Under the pieces are notes generated by a model. It made no database searches, was not told where the DNA came from, and saw only the letters and a list, made by a program, of their open reading frames with translations. A stretch of DNA of 64,000 nt from Curvularia clavata (taxonomy: Eukaryota), in the NCBI GenBank assembly GCA_023920165.1, contig CP089280.1:930001-994000 (forward strand), read 5' to 3'. A program made the translations under genes and the position numbers. Shown here one piece after another: positions 12,901 to 24,171 of this stretch (within the stretch, counting starts at the first letter, position 1; each line of letters opens with the position of its first letter).

Positions 12901-14450
12901 TCACTTCTCCTTCGTCACAACGCTCTTCCCGCTCTTGCCACTTTTAGTACTCTTCATACTCTTCTTACTAGCACTTCGCTTTAGCTTAGCCTTTAGCTTA
13001 ATCCACTTCTCCTTCAATCCCCCTTCCTCATCCTCGTCGTTATACTTGGGCCGCTCAACGCTATCCATACTACCGCGGGGATACTCGAGTTCGGCTTCGG
13101 TATCAACGCTATCGGTGTGACCAGCGTGCTGCTTCCTCGGCGTCTGCTTCTGCGGTGAACTCGGCGCAGCTGCACTAGCGGAATCTTTGTGCTTGCCCAT
13201 GAGCATGAATTGGAGCGTTTGCCAGGCAGCCATGTTCGCAATGGGTCCGTCCTTGGAGTTTTGCTGCACGTCTGCGTTTTTCCAGGGACAGTGTTCGCGG
13301 TGGGATTCTACGAGGTTGAGGCGCAGGGATTCGACGGGTACGGAGAGCTTTTGGCTCATTTCTTGGAGGCGCGAGGCGGATGACAGCCAGAGGCCGAGCC
13401 GTTGGAAGCAGTGGTTGCATACGGCGAGGGAGATGCGGGATTCGGATACCCCGGTCCAGCCGAAGAGGGCGAAGCCAAAGGCTACGATGTCGGTTGAGGA
13501 CGCGGGCCGTGGGGTGTCGGGTGTCGATGTGAAGAATGCGGAGGGTATGCGCTCGACGATGCGGCGGATCGATGGTTCAGGGTAGGTGATGTGCTCGAGG
13601 AAAGGAAGGTCGTCAGCTATGGCCCGCAGTGAGCGGTATCGGTCGAGCAATTCGGCTGAGCTCTTTGTCCGAGATGCGATGGGGATGTGGTAAATGTCCT
13701 CTGTTTGCATGGTTAGAAAGTGCTTCCATTTCATATACACACCCGGCACATACCTTGACAGCCTCGTTTCCTCCACAAACAGTCCTCAGCATGCCCTTCG
13801 ACAATGAGCTCCTTGTACCTCTCCACCAGCGCATCATCGATGTCAAACGCTAGGTCTTCGCTCATCTCAAGATCTCTCCCACTGGCGTCTTTTCGTTTAG
13901 GCCTCAGCTTTACCGCCACGCGGTTCTCACATCCACCCTTGCAGGCAACTGTGTTCCAGATATCACAGCTCCACCCTCTCATGGCCCACTCGACCTCGTT
14001 GATAGCATCCGGCTTTGTGGTCCATTTCTTCACGTCTGCGAATGTCTTGAGCCTTGCAAGAAACTGCTCTTGGCTATAGGGTTGGAAGTTTGGTTCTTTT
14101 CGTGGCGTCGAGGCTTTTGGCGTTGAGACTTTCGGTGTGTATGTAGTTTTGCCTATTACTTTGATTGTTCCTTCTCTTCTTGGCGTCATGAGCTGCTCCT
14201 TCAACTGCCGTATACGTTCCTGGCCCTCGGATATATTACGCTGCCGCTCAGAGCCCAGACCCGCGCTGCGAGGCCTCTTGTTCGGCTGGTCGGGGCTGCC
14301 TGGCTCTGAGAGGGATGCGGTCGAGGCATTCGATTCTTGGAGACTGTTCGCGAGTGAAGTGGTGGACGTGCTTGCAGCGAGGTTATCAAGAAGTCTGTTA
14401 AACTTGCGCTTTGTGGTAGCCAGCGCTGGCTGTTGCTGTGTCGATGTCAT
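12901..14450 (-). CDS. rsm1: C3HC zinc-finger protein of the Rsm1/Pml39/NIPA family (nuclear basket, mRNA export)
   Basis: Exons 14450-13754 and 13700-12901, intron 13701-13753. zf-C3HC: FLARLKTF..WAMRGWSC..C..C..GHAEDCLWR. Rsm1 domain: ALFGW..CNHCFQRLGLW..HREHCPW. Confidence 0.88.
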
Positions 14451-14826
14451 TCTGTACTATTGAGATGGGTGCTTCGGCCTCTGTTACTCGGAATGACGCG
14501 CGGTGGTGTGATGGGTAAGTCGGCTTATTATGTGTCGATCTTTGTTTACTCTTATCTGGGTTAGACAGGAGGTCGCAGCGTTTGTCGAGCGTTAGGCGAA
14601 TGCTGCGCGCAGAAGCATCCAAGGGGCAACACAGAAAAAGCGACCTGTGTTGGCAATATCGAAAGCAGTTGGCAAGTCGCCGTGGCTGCAGGGTTGTTAT
14701 TGTTGCTATGGCGGCCATGACCAAAGCAGTAAACCTCCGCCCGCATGCCAAGCTCGGACCCTGCTTGTCCACCCATCCAACCGCAGAACCCCACTGACGT
14801 GTGGAGGGGTACAAGACTGCTAGCTC

Positions 14827-16077
14827 ATGTCCTCCCAAATTGCGCCATCAAGATTCTTTCTGCTAGCTTTCGTAATCCTGGCCTTCTCAATTTTCAATCC
14901 GTCATTGCTTTCACGCAGTGTAGCCCGTCTCTCCCAACTGAAACAGCACATCTACACGCCAATCGCAATACAGACGTCACAGTTCATACATACCAATTCC
15001 AGCACGCACACCATGGCCTACGAGAAAGAGCTTGAGATTGCTCTCCTGGCCGTTCAACGTGCCTCTATCCTCACAAAGTCGGTATACTCGAGCCACTCCA
15101 AAGGCACCCTCTCCAAGAGCGACTCGTCTCCTGTCACAATTGGCGACTTTGGCGCCCAAGCCCTGATCATTGCATCGATAAAGCATGCCTTCCCCGAAGA
15201 TGAGATAGTTGGAGAGGAGGATGCCGATGACCTCCGCAAGAACGACTCACTGCGCGATCTTGTCTGGGATCTGGTACAAGCAGCCAAGTTGGAGGACAGT
15301 TCAGCAGAAGCCAAGATTGGCGGGCCCATCAAGAGCGCTGATGCCATGCTGTCTGCAATTGATCAAGGAAATAGCGAGGGAGGCAGGAAGGGAAGGATCT
15401 GGGCGCTTGACCCCATTGATGGCACAAAGGGTTTCCTGCGTGGTGGACAGTACGCTGTCTGCCTAGGTTTACTGGTGGATGGCGTTCCGACTCTAGGTGT
15501 CATCGGATGCCCTAACCTCCCAGTAGACGACCAAGCACCTCTCACAGTCACCACAGGACAGGATGCAGATGACAAAGAAGGCAAGGGTGTTTTGTTCGCT
15601 GCAGTCAAGGGCCAAGGTGCCACAAGCCGGCCACTGAGCAAGGGTGCCCTTCAAGAACCAAAGACCATCAAGATGAAGCCCCTGTCAGACGTTACCCAAG
15701 CTACGTTTTGCGAGTCTGTCGAAGCAGGACACTCGTCACAAGGCGACAACGCTGCTATTGCCTCCAAACTCGGCATCACCAAGCCTTCCGTCCGCATGGA
15801 TTCACAAGCCAAGTACTGCTCCATTGCCCGTGGAGCTGGTGACCTATACCTGAGGCTGCCCACTAGCAAGACATACCAAGAGAAGATCTGGGATCACGCT
15901 GCTGGCGTTGTCATTGTCCAAGAGGCGGGTGGTGAGGTCACTGATGCCTATGGAAAGCCACTGGACTTTGGCCTTGGCAGAACACTCAAGGAGAACAAGG
16001 GTGTAGTTGCGGCTCCCAAGGAAGCCTTTGCGCAGGTGATTGGCGTAGTCAAGGAGGTTATCAGCGCGAAGCAATAG
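14827..16077 (+). CDS. MET22: 3'(2'),5'-bisphosphate nucleotidase (HAL2/MET22)
   Basis: SPVTIGDFGAQA, IVGEED, WALDPIDGTKGFLRGGQYAV, RMDSQAKY and EKIWDHAAG motifs. The conserved protein starts at ATG 15013; an upstream in-frame ATG at 14827 adds 62 aa. Confidence 0.95.
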   Translation: MSSQIAPSRFFLLAFVILAFSIFNPSLLSRSVARLSQLKQHIYTPIAIQTSQFIHTNSSTHTMAYEKELEIALLAVQRASILTKSVYSSHSKGTLSKSDSSPVTIGDFGAQALIIASIKHAFPEDEIVGEEDADDLRKNDSLRDLVWDLVQAAKLEDSSAEAKIGGPIKSADAMLSAIDQGNSEGGRKGRIWALDPIDGTKGFLRGGQYAVCLGLLVDGVPTLGVIGCPNLPVDDQAPLTVTTGQDADDKEGKGVLFAAVKGQGATSRPLSKGALQEPKTIKMKPLSDVTQATFCESVEAGHSSQGDNAAIASKLGITKPSVRMDSQAKYCSIARGAGDLYLRLPTSKTYQEKIWDHAAGVVIVQEAGGEVTDAYGKPLDFGLGRTLKENKGVVAAPKEAFAQVIGVVKEVISAKQ

Positions 16078-16339
16078 ATTTAGCTTAGACTGAATCCTGA
16101 ACAATAACATCAAAAGTTATATCGCGATCCACCCTGTGGGTTCCAGATCATCTCCACTTTTATATGCACCGAGAGCCACTGTGATGCCGCTGAAGTCACA
16201 ATCACGGCCTCGTGAGGTAGAATACGTCGACAAGGTCGTGATGCTTTAGCTAACATGCCAGGCTCGAATATTGGACTTTATGCGTACTTACTCTAAGTTG
16301 GTATCCAAATTCTTGTTAAAATACGACTGTAGATTGGAT

Positions 16340-17280
16340 TTTATCTACTTCAGCTGCCCACCGTAAAGGCCAGAGACTCGGTATGTTCGCATTTTGTGTT
16401 TTCAACGAGAAGTAAAAGGTGCTCGAACCAGCTCGAAAGAAGGGGGATATTCGAGCCCTCATCGAAACATGGGGCGCGCAATCCGAATACCATGGCATAA
16501 TACACGTCATGGAAGGGTTGTGTAGGGCGTACCTTGGCTCATCCATTACTCAGCCAACTTTGAGCTTTACTGCTGCTAGGACTATATGAAATGAGAGTGA
16601 GAATTTGCCAATCGGAGAAACGAGTGAGCGTGACATACCTTGATTCATCGCATAGAGATCAAGGTCCCAGCAACGGGAGACCAAATCGATGGTGTCGATG
16701 AACGCGCGAATCTCGAGCTGTGCTCGGGAACCAACAAATGGTAGGTTCATGGTAGGGTTGTCGGCAAGCGAGGACAGACCGCCGTTCAATCCGTGGCCCA
16801 TAAGGCCAACGACTATTCATCCATACTCGAACAAATGTCCATGACACCGACCGTGTCCGCAGTCACAGAATCATGGTCCTTGCTCATGAATGGATCATCA
16901 TGATCTTAACATCCAGTAGCATTCAGGCGTGGTCAGCGTTGGTTTCTTGGAGCTGACTCACGACACCATCAGGCTGAGCAACCAAATTTCCGACAAGGTG
17001 CAGCGAGATCTCGTCCGTAAGCGCCTGTAGCACGTTTTCAATGATTGGGAGTAATATCTTGAAGCAATCTTCGGCTTCGACGTTATCGATGGGATCTTCT
17101 GATAGACTCCGCTTTTGATTAGTGTCTTGTGGACAGCTGGCGAGTAGATGCGTATTAACTTACCTTTTGATGGCGCAGGGCAAACATAAGAGAGTGCCAT
17201 GCTGCATTCAGAAGTGTGATCGAGGCTACACTATCTTGTATGCCACTAAAAGCATATAGCGATAGGCCGTATAATGTTTA
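16340..17280 (-). pseudogene. Decayed multi-exon gene of unknown family
   Basis: A canonical 52-nt intron at 17112-17163 (gtaagt..cactaat..aag) joins ..LLNAAWHSLMFALRHQK to RSLSEDPIDNVEAEDCFKILLPIIENVLQAL... Further donors (gtgagt at 16961, gtatgt near 16637) and protein-like fragments follow, but no continuous stop-free model. Boundaries approximate. Confidence 0.35.
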
Positions 17281-18413
17281 GTGACGGCAAGCCTAGGCCG
17301 TCCGCAAGTGAAAGGCTTTTGTATTTGGCAAGCTCCATAGAAATTCATGCAAGAAACAATACAGAAAAGGAGGTTGAGGTGGCAGAGGTGAGAGAAGGGA
17401 GGAGCTGGAGCTAGAGACTCATGTATGTACTATGTGAGCCTTTCCGCTAGCGCGCTTCAGACACGATGTGAGTGCGGCAACAGAGACTGCGGTATACTTG
17501 CGGCGATCAATGAGAGCCTGGTAGAACTACAGGTGAATGCAACGGAAAACTCTAGTTAATGACAGTCTATCTGCGCTTCTCTCACCTTGTATACCATTGT
17601 ACACCTTCAACCTACCCTCTTTTATGCGTGCTTTTATGCACTTCTGTGAAATTTATGAGACGCCACAGGCTCAACATACAGGCCTAGCTCAATCGGGAAG
17701 GGCGACGGCTGCCTAAAAGGCGGGCCGTGGCCATGGGCCATGCGCGCACTAGATGAGTCAAACGAGACACATACTGTGTCACCGCTGGAAGCTCTGATTC
17801 GCCCGTCTATATGTTTTATAGTAGGTGTACAATAACGTTAGAACTTGTAAATTAAGACACAATAGAGCTACAGAAATACATCATCGACCTGCAAGCTTGA
17901 TGGATTTAGATATCAGCGACATGATTAGAGTGACATACGGCGACGATCGATGAAGATATCGAAAGAATTACTAAAGCAGAGATATGCACAGAATTGAAAA
18001 CATGAAAATATTGGTGGAAATTGCTAGCATAGAGACTAGGATCGCGATAACTGTCCTGCCCTGCATATTCTATCACAACTTAAGTTCGACGACTTCAGGC
18101 AGACTCCTACTGATTCTCCAACGTCAACGAGCTCATGCCTGTCTGTGTTGTTGCTATTGTTCTGCAGTCTGTACCAATATTAGTTTCTGGATCAGTACCA
18201 AGTTTCTGGATACAAAGGGCGCAACATCTCCTCAAGTCTTCCATTCGGATCGTCACTTTGGCTGCTCAGCCTCTCCCCAGCCTTCGACCTTTGGTCGGCT
18301 AGGGTGTGACTCATGTGATAGCGGAGATAAAAGCGCGTCCGCCATCGCCAGACCCTGTTGAAACCTAACTTTCTCCAGATATACTTTCCTCAACTAAACC
18401 TCTGCACTCAAAC

Positions 18414-19073
18414 ATGTCGAATTCACCGGAACAGTCCGTCCAGTCTCAGGGAGAAGAGCCAGTACTTTTCTTTCTTCCTAGAGATGATAATGGATATCTC
18501 AGCAACATGTACCTTAATAATTTTGTCTACGAGGACGGCCGCAAATTCAATTGCGTTGAGCAATTCTTTCACGCCGGAAAAGCAGAGTTATTTGGCGACC
18601 ACGAAGCTCTAGATCAGATCATGAAAGTCCGGAACGGCAGGAAGCAAAAGTCGCTTGGCAGAAAGGTTAAGGGCTTTGTAGAGGAAGAGTGGAAAGCAGG
18701 CAAGTACCAAATTCTTTTATTGTTAGACGGGAGCTGATAAAGTAAAGCTTGTATTGATGTCATGCGCCGCGGAGTCCTCGCCAAGTTTTCCTATCGGCCA
18801 AATAAAGACTTACGCCAGCGGCTCTTGGAAACAGGAAATCGAGTACTTATCGAAGCATCTCCTTTTGATACATACTGGGGCTGTGGTTGGTCCGCGGAAA
18901 TGTACTACGCATCGCCGAACAAGGACTATCCGGGAAGGAATGAGCTGGGCAAGGTACTCATGGAGGTAAGGGACATTCTTAGAGAAAAGGAAGCCAATGA
19001 GCAACATGGGAAGAAGGGAAATAACACAAGATCTGTGCAAGCCAAGAAGAAATCTCGGGATGAAGAGACATGA
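18414..19073 (+). CDS. NADAR (YbiA/DUF1768) family N-glycosidase
   Basis: Exons 18414-18699 and 18748-19073, with a GC-AG intron at 18700-18747. Motifs YLSNMY, VEQFFHAGKA, KSLGRKV, W-x6-VM..GVLAKF, LLETGNRVLIEASPFDTYWGCG, GRNELGKVLMEVR. Confidence 0.9.
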
Positions 19074-19399
19074 AGAGAAAGTAATCAAGAGATGACGGGG
19101 TTCGACTTATCAAGGCGCGAATGAGATATACCAGGCTGAGAATTGGGCTTTAGGGAATGTTTCGGCAGATAGTGAATTCAAGATATCAATCTTATGCATT
19201 CATCGTCTCTGATTAGATAGTGTGTATGCCATTGTGAAGCTTAAGATTCCAGAGTTTTACTCCGAAAATAATATTATTCTGTACCGCCTCCTATTGTATA
19301 CCTTACACAAGCCACAATCCTACAATATTTTTATCTTTAAAACTTTAAACCCTGTATAGCATAAACACGTAGGGTATGTTGACTAACGTGGTTAAGATG

Positions 19400-20040
19400 C
19401 AATTAGCAAAGAGTATTTCACCTACCTGCTTAACCCAGCACGGAAAAAGCTATAACTAAGCAAAAAACTGTAGCAGAATACTAAGTAATGGTGTGTATCT
19501 TCTTAATCCAGAAGGAACGCTCCAAGAAATATCAAGGCCACCTTCAGAACTCGACATGTCGAATGTTCACCAAGATGTAATACATACGGTATTGACAGAG
19601 CCCGTGACGCCTTCAACACGTGTGATGCCCACTATGCCATTTACCGTAGAAGGATTAATACTGCTACATGATTCGGTCAAGCGAGATGTACACAGTCCCG
19701 GTACGATCGCTGAGCAACGTCTTGGCAGGCGAGTTCAAAAGCTCGTAAGAGCCGCAAAAATCGCTACAGCTAGGCAGAGTCTCTTCCAAGAATACAACCG
19801 CTGTTTGTTCAATATCAACAAGAAAGGTGAGTAGCGGAGGAAGATATGTTTACGGGTCCAACAAAGTGGCAAAGGTCAAGGTAAAGTGATGAGCTATGAG
19901 GACCTTGAGAAAGCACGAACGGAGCGGGCAGCCAAGGAGAAAGCAGCAGCCGAGAAAGGCAAAGGGAAAAGTGTTGGTAAGCACAAACATGCTGTTCATT
20001 TATAGGAGGAAGGATTTACTTTCCCAGAAGCTGAAGCAGA
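19400..20040 (+). mobile_element. Degenerate pogo/Fot1-like (Tc1/mariner superfamily) transposase C-terminal remnant
   Basis: Broken frames give ..LNPEGTLQEISRPP..PVTP..RRVQKLVRAAK..QSLFQEYNRCLFNIN..GKGQGKVMSYEDLEKARTERAAKEKA, a typical Fot1-family tail. Stops and frameshifts present; no TIRs recognised. Confidence 0.75.
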
Positions 20041-20651
20041 ACGGTCCGTGAAAAGGGTCATCATGTCTCCGTGTCGCGAATCTACTGGTGTCACAAATTG
20101 TTTGGTATATGCAGCATTTAGCATCAGTCAAGTGATCATTGAATACATTTGACAAGATACCGTAGATACTACACTGCGATTTTAACCTCCTGGCATATTC
20201 TTGTTAGCTAGATGACAATATGATCAGGTGACTGTCCCGATTTGGGTGAAATGGGGTCAGCATAAACATAAGCGTGAAGCTAATTGGGTCGTTCCGATAT
20301 GCGGGTCATCCCACTGCATCGCGGCAAAGATAGCCAACAGTCCCACATTGCGACCGCCTTCTTGCACCGCCTATCTCACTCGGAAATTATTAATCCTAGA
20401 CGAAGCCAAAATTGTCGAAGAGCACAGTCACAGAGGGACAAAGATAGGAACTGTCGAGAAGAAGAACCCAAGGCCAAGCGTCGACAGGCGCAACCCCAGA
20501 GAAATCGAGCCAGAAACCAGCGTGAGGTGGAGGGCAGGCTTGCACGGATGTTTCAGCGACAGCTAGTTTAGATTGTCAACCAGGCCTGTCAGCAGCTGTA
20601 CTGGAAGCCATACCGGAGACATCACCGTCTACCACATCGCTCCTGCCCATC

Positions 20652-21415
20652 ATGGAAGCACATTCGGTCAAGCTCGTGCAGAACATTGCTAAGTAGCATG
20701 AAGCCTATCAACTAGCGCAACAGCTTGATACTGATCTGCATTAGCATGTTTAACGATGCGAGGTACTCCGATACTACGGTCATTATCCGCAGCAAAGAAT
20801 TACATGTCCACAAAGCTATCATCTGCACACAAAGCAAATACTTCGAGAATGCATTCAAAGAAAATTTCGTTGAGGGAAGCTCAGGGAGGTTAAGCTTTGA
20901 CGAGGGGAGTGGTGCCGCCCACTGGAGAGTCTTCCAGTTCTTGTACACCGGTGATTATTCCGACGATCTATCGCATTATTTCAAAGGTATTTCCGTAGGA
21001 TCATGTATAGTTTCGACTTTTCTAATTGTTGTCAGACGATCCTGCACTGCTAAAGGAGCCTCGCGTATACGCTCTTGCTGACATGTTCTTTTTGAAAGAC
21101 CTGAAAACGGTTACCACAGCAAAACTTAAAAAAAAGCTGCTAAATCTCTGGAAGGACGACTCTTTTGCAGATTGCATTCGAGAGATATATGCCACTACTC
21201 GGGACAGTGACCGGGCGATGCGATCTGCTGTAGTCGAAATTGCGAAGGTTCACGCAAAAGAACTAGTCAAGAAGCCAGCTTTCACGGATTTGATCCACAA
21301 TGGTGGCGATTTTGCTGTCCAGTACTTTGAAAGTGTCGTTTCCCTAGTGCCTTTACAGGCAGACGTGTCAACAACCAAGCGAAGGCAAGCTCCAGATTGG
21401 CTTGATGAGATTTAA
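20652..21415 (+). CDS. BTB/POZ domain protein
   Basis: Introns 20693-20744 and 20987-21035. YSDTTVII..LHVHKAIICTQSKYFENAF..FVEG..FQFLYTGDY..VYALADMF. Confidence 0.88.
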
Positions 21416-23118
21416 AACTTCTTGATACAGTATAGCCGTCACGTAACTTCGGGCAGTCGTGGAGGACTGCTTGAGTCATACAATACGAAACGTGGAAGTC
21501 CATCATATCACGTGATCTTCAATGTACAAAGTCTCTATTTCTACTAACTATTCTATCAAGCTCATCAATATAGGGATTGATAGAGTTTGGTGAGTCTAGT
21601 ATAGGTTGCTAAAGATCGATAAGCTTGGCTTGACTCCGCTTCATCCTTGATTCAATCCAGCTTGATTGTTGAGATATCTGCTCCCCGGTTCCCCCTCACC
21701 CACGGCCAGACAAATCGTCTAAGGGTGATTTTGCCTAGACCCACACTTGATCAATGGCCTTCTTAATATGTGCTTCCTCGGGTTGTGGCAAGTCTTGGGC
21801 TTGACGTAGATCGCCATTACTGATACGCGCAAAGGCAAGACGATGACCATAGCCAAAGCAACCATAAGATATAAAAAAGCGCCAATCAGATAGAAACAAA
21901 TAACGCGCATAAGCAAGCAAAGGTATGAAGACCACTTGAGTCTGCTATGCCTTTGTTAGCGTAATATTTCGCTCTATCGGGATTTTCTCACGGCAACATC
22001 GTGATGGATTGAATTGATGCTGATGTGCAGATTGGCACAAGCAGATACCGCACGTAGTAAGGGTATCGCCCAGCGAGCGGATCAATCATTAGAGTTGATT
22101 CGTACACAACGACAAATTATTACCAAATCAATGCAAGCGGAAAGCTATTTGAAGTTCCTCAGGCATAGTCTAGCGATATATGAGAAGTATTCGGTTGGTA
22201 TTCATGGATATTCTACACACAGTAGCTGCTGTGGGCATATGGGTTTGAGATGCTAACCGGGCGCTGACGACCTTGGCAAGGTGTGCCTACCCGCACAGCC
22301 ACCTGCTATAAGCCACATCGATACTGTACACATTGACAGACGTAAATCGCCGTAGATGTAGCTAGGCCGTTATTGATAGTCTAGTCACGGTCGCGTCGTT
22401 CTGAAATACCTAAGGTTGCGACAACGCACAATCTTGCACGCCACTACTGTCAAAAGACTGGTACAGCTTTAGGACGCTCCAAATATGTCCAGGAGACTGA
22501 TTGAAATCTCGTGCTTGAAATTTTGAGCGGTGCAAGCACATTTCACGTCTATAATCGATCCCCGGTATGCTGGCTAGCACCCGTGTCGATCCCACACCTA
22601 CCGATCAAGAATGACGGCATGATATACCTATCCCAACGACGCATGCTCACGGGCGCGGCCCGCTATACGAATCATGTATACCAGCCCAACGCCCTACACC
22701 ACTTGAGAGCGGTGGAGCGGGAGGTCAGTACTCGACATACTATGAGTTCCACCTGAGATTCGTCTCACGACACCACCCGACTGCCAAACGTCCAGGCCTT
22801 CAAGGGAAAACTCTGACGAACATCCTAGCTACTGGTGGCACTATCAGCCACTTTGAAGCTTCATCTCGTTTCCACAGTCAGGATTTTTTCAACCTTTGCA
22901 TACAATTGGATGTTATGTCGCGCTTAGAGCCAATCGCAGGATCTTTCAATAATGTCATGCGCCGCATGTGCTCTTGTAGCGGGAAGCCTAAGGAGCAGAG
23001 CACGACTAAGTACATTACTTTCTGCATTAAAAGCCATCACAGATCAGCGCCCATATTATTCTCTTGGCTAGAAACGCTGTACCCTTCCAGCGTCGTCCTG
23101 TCCCAACTATCAATAGCT

Positions 23119-23913
23119 CTAGCTGCCCCTCCCAAACGTGAGCCCTGACAGTGTACCGGAGTTGTGGCCTATCTGAAGGCCATTATTTCCACTGCCTGAG
23201 AAAACGATATGGTGTGACTCCCCAGCATTCTTCATAGCCTTTGTGATAGCCTGCTCTAGCAACTTATCCTGGGTAGCAGCAATTTCTCTTAAAATAGAGA
23301 TGCCTTCACCTTCTCCAATAGCGGACACTTCCATGTCGCAGAGCTCACGCTGGGTCTGCTGAGTGGCGGGGAAAAGGGTTCCCAAGTCGTTGACCAAGTC
23401 GGTGATGTCTTCAATCAGTCGCCTAAAGTGCTTCTCTTGATACAAGGCCCACTTGGCCTTTTGCCGTATGCTAGACCGGTTCTGGCGCTCGATAGCTAGC
23501 TGGCGCATCTTCTCGTGGAGCTTCGCCGTCGCTAGATCTAGGTCGGTTTGTGGATCGTATACTGCAAGGCTGCTGTCCTGAGGCCCGGCTCGACTCCTAT
23601 ATTTATTCGATACGCCTTCAGTATCCGCAAGTAAGTCTACAATCTGGCCTAGCAAGGCTTCAGCATGCTTGACATTTGCCTCCGACCCAAAACGCTGTTG
23701 AAGCGATACTATGTCTCGGACATCATCTTCTAGACTTAGAGATTTCCCCCAGCGCGATAAGCGGAGTCTTGCATTGTCTAGTTTGAGTTGACTAGTTTGA
23801 AAGTCCTTTCCAAATGCGCGGCCAAGCTGGACGAACTCAAAGCACTCGACTGTATTATTGAAGAGGCTAGCGAGGGCAACGACGCCAACAACAAGACCGG
23901 CTGTCTCTGCCAT
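23119..23913 (-). CDS. HET-S-like HeLo-domain cell-death effector with C-terminal PP (RHIM-like) amyloid motif
   Basis: 264 aa from ATG 23913. MAETAGLVVGVVALASLFNNTVECFEFVQLGRAFGKDFQTSQLKLDNARLRLSRWG is close to the HET-S N-terminus. Also KAKWALY..FRRLIEDI, and C-terminus VFSGSGNNGLQIGHNSGTL. Confidence 0.92.
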   Translation of the reverse strand: MAETAGLVVGVVALASLFNNTVECFEFVQLGRAFGKDFQTSQLKLDNARLRLSRWGKSLSLEDDVRDIVSLQQRFGSEANVKHAEALLGQIVDLLADTEGVSNKYRSRAGPQDSSLAVYDPQTDLDLATAKLHEKMRQLAIERQNRSSIRQKAKWALYQEKHFRRLIEDITDLVNDLGTLFPATQQTQRELCDMEVSAIGEGEGISILREIAATQDKLLEQAITKAMKNAGESHHIVFSGSGNNGLQIGHNSGTLSGLTFGRGS

Positions 23914-24171
23914 GTCAGTCTGGCAGAATGAAGACAACGAGAATAGTAAGAACGAAATAAAAGAAGTGATATACAGGAGAGATCGAAGATGTAGGTTTCT
24001 GACTTGAAGCGCGTAGGCAGCAGCTACAGCGCGGTTATATGATAACGCACCAGCAACTCAGCTGATGCGCCAACCTCAGCCTGACGACTCAGCCTTGCGG
24101 CTAAGAGCAGCTGCGCCGCTTCGCAAAGCCTACAACAACACGCAAATCTATTCGCTGTCACATACGGCACA
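23914..24171. promoter_or_regulatory. 258-bp shared divergent promoter of the HeLo effector and the NLR
   Basis: Head-to-head ATGs at 23913(-) and 24172(+). CTCAGC occurs at 24057, 24075 and 24088. Confidence 0.6.

Noticed and set aside
18704..18742. Alternative GT-AG intron for the NADAR gene
   Set aside because: In frame but only 39 nt with a poor donor (gtacca), and it inserts three residues into the conserved W-x6-VM spacing.
20228..20571. Short basic ORFs upstream of the BTB gene
   Set aside because: No domain or splice support; may be UTR or a relic.
21600..22260. Possible decayed minus-strand gene
   Set aside because: Fragments have many stops and no recognisable family; cannot be supported.
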